Shown piece by piece: positions 54,701-64,000 of a stretch of DNA of 64,000 nt. The notes beneath the pieces were generated by a model. It worked only from the letters and a program-made list of their open reading frames with translations, searched no databases and was not told the DNA's origin. The DNA comes from Chrysomallon squamiferum (Eukaryota; Animalia; Mollusca). The position numbers were made by a program, and so were the translations under genes. Position 1 is the first letter of the stretch. Each line of letters begins with the position of its first letter. The stretch spans positions 35,588,001 to 35,652,000 of the forward strand of contig CM022672.1 of the NCBI GenBank assembly GCA_012295275.1. Direction: 5' to 3'.

Positions 54701-57700
54701 TGTTTACCTCAACATGAAGAAACATCCAGTAAGTAGTTGTTTACCTCAACACCAAGAAACATCCAGTAAGTAGTTGTTTACCTCAACATGAACAAACATC
54801 CAGTAAGTAGTTGTTTACCTCAACATGAAGAAACATCCAGTAAGTAGTTGTTTACCTCAACACCAAGAAACATCCAGTAAGTAGTTGTTTACCTCAACAT
54901 GAACAAACATCCAGTAAGTAGTTGTTTACCTCAACATGAAGAAACATCCAGTAAGTAGTTGTTTACCTCAACACCAAGAAACATCCAGTAAGTAGTTGTT
55001 TACCTTAACACAAAGAAACATCCAGTAAGTAGTTGTTTACCTTAACACGAAGAAACATCCAGTAAGTAGTTGTTTACCTTAACACCAAGAAACATTCAGT
55101 AAGTAGTTTTATACCTTAACACCAAGAAACATTCAGTAAGTAGTTTTATACCTTAACACCAAGAAACATCCAGTAAGTAGTTTTATACCTTAACACCAAG
55201 AAACATCCAGTAAGTAGTTTTATACCTTAACACCAAGAAACATCCAGTAAGTAGTTGTTTACCTTAATACCAAGAAACATCCAGTAAGTAGTTGTTTACC
55301 TCAACATGAAGAAACATCCAGTAAGTAGTTGTTTACCTCAACACCAAGAAACATCCAGTAAGTAGTTGTTTACCTCAACATGAACAAACATCCAGTAAGT
55401 AGTTGTTTACCTCAACATGAAGAAACACCCAGTAAGTAGTTGTTTACCTTAACACCAAGAAACATCCAGTAAGTAGTTGTTTACCGTAACACGAAGAAAC
55501 ATCCAGTAAGTAGTTGTTTACCTCAACACCAAGAAACATCCAGTAAGTAGTTGTTTACCTTAACATGAAGAAACATCCAGTAAGTAGTTGTTTACCTCAA
55601 CATGAAGAAACATCCAGTAAGTAGTTGTTTACCTCAACACCAAGAAACATCCAGTAAGTAGTTTTATATCTCAACACAAAGAAACATCCAGTAAGTAGTT
55701 GTTTACCTTAACACAAAGAAACATCCAGTAAGTAGTTTTATACCTTAACACCAAGAAACATCCAGTAAGTAGTTTTATACCTTAACACCAAGAAACATCC
55801 AGTAAGTAGTTGTTTACCTCAACACCAAGAAACATCCAGTAAGTAGTTTTATACCTTAACACAAAGAAACATCCAGTAAGTAGTTGTTTACCTCAACACG
55901 AAGAAACATCCAGTAAGTAGTTTTATACCTTAACACCAAGAAACATCCAGTAAGTAGTTGTTTACCGTAACACGAAGAAACACCCAGTAAGTAGTTTTAT
56001 ACCTTAACACCAAGAAACATTCAGTAAGTAGTTTTATACCTTAACACCAAGAAACACCCAGTAAGTAGTTTTATACCTTAATACCAAGAAACATCCAGTA
56101 AGTAGTTTTATACCTTAACACCAAGAAACATCCAGTAAGTAGTTGTTTACCTCAACATGAAGAAACATCCAGTAAGTAGTTTTATACCTTAACACCAAGA
56201 AACATCCAGTAAGTAGTTGTTTACCTCAACACCAAGAAACATCCAGTAAGTAGTTGTTTACCTCAACACGAAGAAACATCCAGTAAGTAGTTGTTTACCT
56301 CAACATGAAGAAACATCCAGTAAGTAGTTGTTTACCTTAACACAAAGAAACATCCAGTAAGTAGTTTTATACCTTAACACCAAGAAACATCCAGTAAGTA
56401 GTTTTATACCTTAACACCAAGAAACATCCAGTAAGTAGTTGTTTACCTCAACACCAAGAAACATCCAGTAAGTAGTTGTTTACCTCAACACCAAGAAACA
56501 TCCAGTAAGTAGTTGTTTACCTCAACATGAAGAAACATCCAGTAAGTAGTTGTTTACCTTAACACAAAGAAACATCCAGTAAGTAGTTTTTTACCTTAAC
56601 ACCAAGAAACATCCAGTAAGTAGTTTTATACCTTAACACCAAGAAACATCCAGTAAGTAGTTGTTTACCTCAACACCAAGAAATATCCAGTAAGTAGTTG
56701 TTTACCTCAACATGAAGAAATATCCAGTAAGTAGTTTTATACCTTAACACCAAGAAACATCCAGTAAGTAGTTTTTCTTGTTTGAATATTTTATTTGAAG
56801 TGCAATATGTTGTTATATGAATTAAAATTTGAAAAATATGTTGTTTCTATTTTATTCTCAATATTCAAAATTAAAAATTATAATTATATTCATTAAAATT
56901 AACAAATACAATTTTGCTCTTTTATTTTCATTCTTCAAGATACAGATATTAATTACAGTCATCATATTTAATTTGTTTTAATTAAAATGTTTCCAGGATG
57001 TGGATACTGAGGAAAGTCTTGCCTGTCAGGAAATGCAGAACAAACTTGCCTCCCTTGGTCTGAACATCAGAAAAGAAACACTAGAAAGGTTTTCTGCTTT
57101 ACTTTGTAGACTGTCACTGAGTGTCAAACTGAATTTTATTTCTTTCAGCTGTTAATTTGTAAATTGTCATCTTGTACTGAATAAAACCTAACTTTATTTA
57201 CTTTGGCAGTTACCATTTATATTTTAATTCTTCAATCTGTCAATTTCAAAATTATCATTATATTGTTACCCATTGAACAAAATTAATCTTGGCTAATTAA
57301 TTTCTATATTACTTGTGTATGTCCATCTACTGAATTAACATGAAGATTTAACTTTTTCTTGAAAATATTGTTATTTCAAAAAAACTTTTTTTTTTTTTTT
57401 TCTTTTTTGTCAAGATAGTCTTTGTTAGAAGTGGATTGTATATATATTTTTTTTATACACAAATTATTTAATATTTTTTGGAAAGCAGCATAAAACAAAA
57501 ACTATAGAGCATTTTATCAATAAATCTGTTTATGTCTACTTAGAACATTAAATACAAACTAAGCTTTATAATATTTGATTTGTACGTTTTAGACATTTTA
57601 CGAAAAAAGTTTGAGACAAATAGATTGTTATTTTTATTTTTTTTATGGTATTTTTTTTTTATCCTTTACATTAATAAGTTTCTACATCTGCTGTTCAGCC

Positions 57701-59905
57701 ATATATTGATTCTGGTTGAAACCAAATTTATCATGTCTATTAATACATTGTTTATGCCTATATGGAAATAAAATACAAAAAACTTTTTTCGCTTTCATTT
57801 TTAAATCAGATGTAATATAACTAATAATAAATAATTAAGTCATTGTTTGGGATTAATCAAAATTTGATTCCATTTAGCTACAAAACATTTTATACAGATT
57901 TTCATAAAGCAGCATACAAATATTATGGCTTGCGATCTCAGTTGAAAATGTAGTTACAAATTAATGTTTATTGTCTCTAAAAGTTAGAATTACAAATTAT
58001 GATAACAGTTTACATTCATATTACTCAGCATGTTAAAGCATGATGACATTTTTAATATATATATTTTTTTTTTATATTCAATGAAATCATTTTAAAATTT
58101 AATAAAATATTAAAGTTACAAGAATACAATCTAAATATGGAGAATAACAATACAATGTGTGACAATATGAAATAGAGTTATATTTCTTGTAAATCATGGA
58201 TTAATATATAATAGAATATCTAACTTTTAATAATTTAGATTTGTGATGTTCTCACTGTTATTAAATGTTAATGCTTGTTTACAGAGCTCTTTTTCCGCCG
58301 TCTGGTAAAACTCTTCATTACGAAATATCTCGAGACGTCATTCGTTCTCCTGCGTCAGGGTAAATGTTACACTTATTAGTACATGTTTATTTAATTTTTA
58401 CATTTATTAGTACATGTTTATTTAATTTTTACATTTATTAGTACGTTTATTTAATTTTTACACTTATTAGTACATGTTTATTTAATTTTACACTTATTAG
58501 TACATGTTTATTTAATTTTACACTTATTAGTACATGTTTATTTAATTTTACACTTATTAGTACATGTTTAATTTTTACACTTATTAGTACATGTTTATTT
58601 AATTTTTACACTTATTAGTACATGTTTATTTAATTTTTACACTTATTAGTACATGTTTATTTAATTTTACACTTAGTACATGATGTTTATTTAATTTTAC
58701 ATTTATTAGTACATGATGTTTATTTAATTTTACATTATTAGTACATGATGCTTAATTAATTTTACATTGATTAATACATTATGTTTATTTAATTTTACAT
58801 TTATTAGTACATGATGTTTATTTAATTTTACATTTATTACAAATAATAAATTATGTTTATTAAAATGTTACATTTTTACAAATAATACATTCTTTAATTA
58901 GAAAAAGAAAGAAAAATAACAAAATAAATGCCATTAATTATTATATTTAGAAAAAAGATTATTTTGTTATCATAGTGATTTGAAAGAAATTAATAAAATA
59001 AATAATATTCAAAGTGAACAGTTGTTTTATCTTATTTTATTTTTAGACTTCTAAGTCATCCAAAGTTCTGGCTTCCTACAGAATACATGAAAGTGAAAAT
59101 AGCAGAAAAACAGCTAGGTAAATGATAATCATTGTCATTATCTATTATTGTTATCATTTTTGTTATTGTTACCATTAATATTTTTATTTTTATTATTTTT
59201 TTTTGTTTTGTTATTATTATTGTTATTGTTATTGCTAGTGTTATTATTATTATCATCATTTTGTAATTATTGTTGTTGTTAATACCCTTATTATTATTAT
59301 GGTTATTATTACTATCATTGTCCTATTTTTATTTTTATTCAATATCATTATCATCACTATTATTATTATAATCATCAGTTATAAATTGCTAAATTACAGA
59401 TATTTAGGACTTTATTTCATACACTAATTGTCAGTATTTTATACAATAATTTATATTATAGTTGTTATTTTATATATCAACTGCTAATATTGTATATAAC
59501 AGTCAATATTTTTTGCAAATGACAATATTTTATATGATAGTTGATATTTTATACAATAGCTGACATTTTATAGGCTAGACAGTATTTTATACAATAACTG
59601 TTTAATAGTTGATATTAATATTACAGTTAATATTTTTATGTAAGTGTTCATTGCTGATATTTATAATATTTTTATGTAAGTGTTCATTGCTGATATTTGT
59701 AATATTTTTATGTAAGTGTTCATTACTGATGTTTGTAATGTATAAAAATGTGATTGCAGCGAGAGCAGAACACACGATGTGGTTGCAGAAGAGGGAGGAG
59801 GAAAGAGAAGTGAAATCAGCGCTGGGACTCACAACATCCGCGCAACAAAAACAAAGAAAAACAAAAAGAAAGGAAAGAAGAAAACAAAACGACCTGCGAG
59901 TGTGA
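35324..59905 (+). CDS. Uncharacterised, largely disordered Ser/Lys/Arg-rich protein (~840-870 aa); exons 35324-35347(?), 39082-39242, 39985-40151, 40731-40772 (or -40861), 41295-41391, 41787-41909, 43668-44637, 46941-47081, 48182-48364, 48887-48960, 51071-51126, 52963-53063, 56997-57088, 58285-58359, 59047-59117, 59760-59905
   Basis: Exons from 41295 onward splice in phase with canonical sites and no stops, including a 970-nt exon and the C-terminal block [27 protein letters not shown]...[10 protein letters not shown]. The 5' end is less certain: it needs a GC donor, and the start codon is ambiguous. Confidence 0.75.
37560..38120 (+). repeat. 24-25-bp tandem repeat (~23 copies) containing a donor-like site
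   Basis: ttttctct|gtaagaagatattt(c/g)ta. Confidence 0.93.
39305..39905. repeat. TG-rich compound minisatellite filling an intron
   Basis: tgtgtatgtctgtatgtg(t/c)atct units; source of several spurious ORFs. Confidence 0.9.
41917..42850. repeat. 45-53-bp CA-rich tandem repeat starting just after donor 41910
   Basis: acagtggaaatatacacatgtatacacacagacacacaaacatacagacacag. Confidence 0.93.
44570..46315 (+). repeat. ~135-155-bp tandem repeat (~13 copies) made of the last ~68 nt of an exon, the donor and intron sequence
   Basis: tgtgtctgttgactacctgggcagacagaggagttcctcagtgtcatccaacacttcagtgagaaaa|gtaagtcac; donors at 44638, 44785, 44932 and onward. Confidence 0.96.
47115..47660. repeat. ~45-bp tandem repeat (~12 copies) just downstream of donor 47082
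   Basis: tgatatgtgatcatgtgttgtatgtaataataatgtggtaatgtg. Confidence 0.92.
48590..48830. repeat. (ATT)n degenerate microsatellite
   Basis: Seen directly. Confidence 0.88.
48948..50262 (+). repeat. ~35-47-bp tandem repeat (~30 copies) containing an exon end plus donor
   Basis: ttcagagaatgaa|gtaagacaaagtttatatccaagtttatagacat. Confidence 0.95.
51137..52252. repeat. 33-bp minisatellite (~33 copies) starting 10 nt after donor 51127
   Basis: cctagtttatagtacaccagtgtgtatagtata. Confidence 0.96.
52253..52595. repeat. ~88-bp tandem repeat (x4)
   Basis: agtttatcaaacaaaactgttttataattttacttattt... at ~52253, 52341, 52425 and 52514. Confidence 0.9.
53037..56775 (+). repeat. 37-bp satellite (~100 copies) made of the last 27 nt of an exon plus donor GTAAGT
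   Basis: gtttacctcaacaccaagaaacatcca|gtaagtagtt; the first copy is the coding exon end VYLNTKKHP. Confidence 0.97.
58368..58838. repeat. ~31-bp AT-rich tandem repeat starting just after donor 58360
   Basis: ttacacttattagtacatgtttatttaattt. Confidence 0.92.
59628..59738. repeat. 36-bp repeat (x3) just upstream of the last acceptor
   Basis: aatatttttatgtaagtgttcattgctgatatttat. Confidence 0.85.
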
Positions 59906-61867
59906 GCTGATGATACAAGAAAATTACTGTCCACAGATTTGTGTGCTTTGTGAACTTTTTTTTATGCATTTATTACTAATGAAGATATGTGCAACATGCA
60001 TGCATGCATTTTTATGTGTAACTATATACAAACATGTGCAACAAACATTAATTAAAACAGATGCATTCTTTCCTTTCATACAAATACAGGCAAAAGTAAA
60101 TTTCTTGTTGTTTATTTGCTTTTATTGAAATATATATATATATATATATATACAGAATCCGGCAATATTGTAAGTATTTTATAAACAATACTTACACTAT
60201 ATGTATGTATATATATATATATATACATTGTGTTTTTGTATTGTTTATAAATTAATGATAAAATTTAATTTTTTTACAAAGTTATGCAGATATAAAATGA
60301 TTAATAATATAAATGCTTTCAATGTTGCTCAAACATACAAACATGGACGTACACACACACACAAATGCTTTTACCTGTAACCTATATCGCTGTCTCTACT
60401 GCTGATTCTGTCTCAAAGACTGTGATATGTTCAACTCCTGACTTTTTTTTATCAAACTGTGATAACTGAGTAAAAAACAACAAAGTTGTGATAGACCTTG
60501 ACATCCTTTAGAGGCTTTGTTTCATTTTCTTATTTTTATAATTTGTTCTTTATTTTAATAGTCTATGCTTATTTTTAAGCAATTATTGAATTAAAAAAAA
60601 TAAAAATAAAACATTTGTGATAGATAAAATAAAAGTTGATATCTTTTTCAGAGGATTTATTTTAGTTTCTTATTTTTATAACTTATTCTTCATTTTAATA
60701 GCTTATGCTTCTTTTTAAGCAATTGTTTGTAAAAATGCTTTTTGTAGTATTATTACGTGGTTGTGTCTGAACCTCATGTATGGTGCTAGAAACTTTTGTT
60801 AGTTTGATTTTTACTTATTTTTCATCTTGTAGACCAATAAAAGGAATAACAAAGAATGTTTGTTTTATTCATCCTATTTACAAAAATCACCGTGGATTAT
60901 GAAAACGGATTATATTTTTATGATAATCTGCTGAGGCAAAGGGTTGATTTCAGTTCTGAAATCTGTTGAATTTATTTATTTGAAGGTGCAAACAGTCTCA
61001 GAGGAAAAGTTGATTAATAAAAGAAAAATTAAGTTTTATTACAGTTTTACATCACCTTCAGTGTGAACTTTAGTGACTGGTAGGAATTGCTGCTTGGAAA
61101 TTTTGACAAAAACAAAATATACATAAATAAAAGTGGTTAAAACCAGGATTGATACTGGTATATAGAGAAATCAATTAATGCAAATAAAAATTATTAATCA
61201 TATTAATAAAATTATAAAAGTATATATATTATTAAAATGTAATAAAAATGTGAAGATATTAAAAATATGTTGATGCTTTATAAACATATCCCACACATTT
61301 TACTCACTCATACACATATTAAACACACTCAGCTGCATTTAGTCTGTCATGTTCATATATAAACATAATAAATATATGTGTTCTGTGTATGGTGTGTAGT
61401 ATCTCTGTGTTTTCTTTTTACCCACACATACACATACTATGGGTATGTGTAGGTGTCTGTCTGTATCTATGTGAAAGTAATCTTTCTATAATGTTAAGTT
61501 TCTGTTTAATCGTTTAAATCTTGAATGATGAAGTCTAGATCCATCTCTGTCCATAATGATATTACAACAAATGGAGAACAGAGCTTGTTTTAAACACTTT
61601 TCTTTTGTCCTGAAATATTTTTATATCACAAAAGTGATATCTAGTAATAATGAAAGATTCATTTTATAGTTTATTTCATTTTGATATCAGAATGGTTACA
61701 GTTAATAACCTATATGAATAAATCGTAAATAATGGTAGAGATATTCCTGTTTATTGCCAGATTCTGTTTGGAGAAATTACAGTAATCAACAGTTCTTAAT
61801 GAGGTTTCTTATTGACACGAAATCTGTCAAACAGTAATGTCCAGTCAGTATTCAAAGCAGAACTGGT

Positions 61868-62047
61868 TTAACTGTGATATGTTTAGTGTTTAATTGTGAT
61901 TTGTTTAGTGTTTAATTGTGATATATAGGGTTTAATTGATTTTAGTGTTAATTGTGATTTGTTTATGTTTAATTGTGATTTGTTTAGTGTTTTGTTTATA
62001 GGGTTTAATTGTGATATGTTTAGTGTTTAATTGTGATTTGTTTAGTG
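61868..62047. repeat. ~22-bp tandem repeat
   Basis: tttaattgtgatttgtttagtg. Confidence 0.8.
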
Positions 62048-62251
62048 CTTAGCTGTCAGAACAAAGTTATAAAGTTATCTTTGATAATTTATTAGTATAT
62101 GGTTTTGAATGAATGAATATTGAACAGACATTTATATCTGTTAATAATTATTTGATATGTATGTGTATAGAGGGGGTGTGTGTGTGTGAGAGTGGAATGG
62201 ATGGGTGTGTCTATGGGGGATGGATGAATATGAGTGGATGCTGTGTTCTGT

Positions 62252-62283
<32 letters not shown>

Positions 62284-62373
62284 AGAGAGTGGGATGGATT
62301 GGTGTGTCTGTGGGTGATGGATGAATATGAGTGGATGCTGTGTTCAGTTGTGTGTGCTTTGCATGGTTGATAA

Positions 62374-62411
<38 letters not shown>

Positions 62412-63218
62412 ACAAATGCATTACAGCTCTTTACCATCCACATGGCATCAATGTTTCATTAAAAAAAATGTGAATAATTTATAATTATAACCTTTGTGTC
62501 ATGACCTTCGTGTTGTGAAGAAATCATCTTTTATCTACACTTCAACAAATCTTCAGCAAGACAGACTGAATAGAAACAGACCAGTATGTGAGTATTGGAT
62601 TTCTTCTCAGATGTCAGGTAGTCCAGCATCATTTTGGCTATGTGGGAGACAGATGTTTTAGTTTTGGACTTGTCACAGTGATGTAAAGAAGTACGTTTTT
62701 AAAATATCAGCTTTGATGTCAAGAAAATCACATCTAGTTTCAACAATATCTGATCATTTCAACATTACTGCCGTTCATAATACTTCAGACTGAGATATAT
62801 TCTTTCTCTAACACATTTTACAAGAGGTAAAAATTCAAATCTCAGAAACCAGTTGCTGTATGTTACATTAAAGTATAACAATTCAACTTGTATAAATTTT
62901 ATTCAAATTTATTTCACACAACACTGCAGGCTATGTACATTTCGTTTTCAGAGCAAAAACAAACAAAAATATACAAAAGTTCAAAAACATTTAAATACAT
63001 CTGCACATTTATATAAAGTTTTAACTTGTCTATGTACATCAGATACATTAACTTTCTAAAGAAAACAAATATACACTTAAAAATAGTTATTCATAATAAT
63101 ACGATATATGGCATCCTTCTAATTATGTCAATATTATTAAAGACAAAATATTTTTTAAATTTTTTTAAAATGTTAATTTTTCTTTATAAATTCTGAGCTG
63201 AAGATGTTTGTCGTGTTT

Positions 63219-64000
63219 TTAACTTCCGTTGCCGTTGATTTGGTTCTTGCTTCCTCGCGGGTACTCTTGACGTAAGTGATGACTGTTGATGACTGATTTC
63301 ACGCATGCGTCTATCACGTTTGGGAAGGGCATCCTGTCTGGCAGAGTTTCTGCCCCTGCTTTGAGCGGGTCGAAGCACAGCATGGTATCACATGCACTGT
63401 CATTTCGCTTCTTGCCGCCAATTAAGATGATGTTTCCTCGGAACTGAACCGCCCCGAAATGAACTCGCCCAAAATTTTCCACTTTACCGATGGTGCGACA
63501 TCCTCCGTCCTCGGAGAATTCAATGACGTCACCATCGGTGGTGATGACGAAAACTGCCGAATCACAAACGACTGTCCTGGTGAGGCGACAGGCGAACGGG
63601 AGGTCAGTGAAGTGTGACGACTGACCAACTCTCGTGTCGAAACACTGGATCGCTGGCGTGTTCCGGTTGTTACGCTGAGCACCACCGAAAGTGAAAATCT
63701 TCTCGCCAATCACAGAGGACGACACCATTTCCACCGGGATGGGCAGATCTCCAGCCGTGGACCACTTGCCGGTGTTGATGCTGTATTTCTCTATTGACGA
63801 GATCACTTTGTTTCCCACTGGCAGGTTTCTGTTGTAGCCGCCGAGGACGTAGATGGAGTCTCTGACGGCCACCATTCCGTGACGAGACCGGCCCTGAGCC
63901 ATCTGTTCACACTCTCGCCAGTCGTTGCTTTCGTTGTTGTACTTGAACAGTTTCGGCCATTTTCTGCTTCCTCCTGACAGATAGATATTGTTGGCATAGG
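63219..64000 (-). CDS. Kelch-repeat protein (KLHL-like), C-terminal beta-propeller, 5'-truncated by the window edge
   Basis: The frame is open from the window end: NNIYLSGG...W, GRSRHGMVAVRDSIYVLGG...IEKYSINTGKW, KIFTFGG, NIILIGG. These are kelch GG/Y/W signatures. Confidence 0.9.
   Translation of the reverse strand, partial: YANNIYLSGGSRKWPKLFKYNNESNDWRECEQMAQGRSRHGMVAVRDSIYVLGGYNRNLPVGNKVISSIEKYSINTGKWSTAGDLPIPVEMVSSSVIGEKIFTFGGAQRNNRNTPAIQCFDTRVGQSSHFTDLPFACRLTRTVVCDSAVFVITTDGDVIEFSEDGGCRTIGKVENFGRVHFGAVQFRGNIILIGGKKRNDSACDTMLCFDPLKAGAETLPDRMPFPNVIDACVKSVINSHHLRQEYPRGSKNQINGNGS

Noticed and set aside
63184-63997. Small alternative-frame ORFs over the kelch gene
   Set aside because: Frame shadows of a GC-rich coding exon.
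1-64000. Transposons, tRNA/rRNA and other structured RNA genes
   Set aside because: No transposase or RT ORF, terminal repeats or recognisable RNA gene seen; short non-autonomous elements or snoRNAs cannot be excluded without a search.

Overview
AT-rich, microsatellite-rich animal genomic DNA (probably an invertebrate, perhaps a mollusc; that is inference only). I assembled five protein-coding genes by hand from GT-AG boundaries and codon phase. (1) The 3' part of ZGPAT on +, whose 14.7-kb intron hosts (2) an antisense, single-coding-exon RING/coiled-coil (TRIM-like) gene. (3) A complete TTC16 on - (11 coding exons, ~706 aa), head-to-head with (4) an unrecognised ~16-exon, ~840-870 aa gene on +. 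(5) The 3' end of a kelch-repeat gene on -. The main unexplained signal is that many intronic tandem repeats start at splice junctions, and at about 13 junctions the repeat unit contains the splice site itself, usually with the exon edge. The extreme case is a 3.9-kb intron made of ~100 copies of its own 5' splice site. Other points are an inferred GC-AG intron, two or three probable 1-bp frameshifts and a repeated EW.V..EEV motif in the RING protein. Copy numbers are estimates made by eye.
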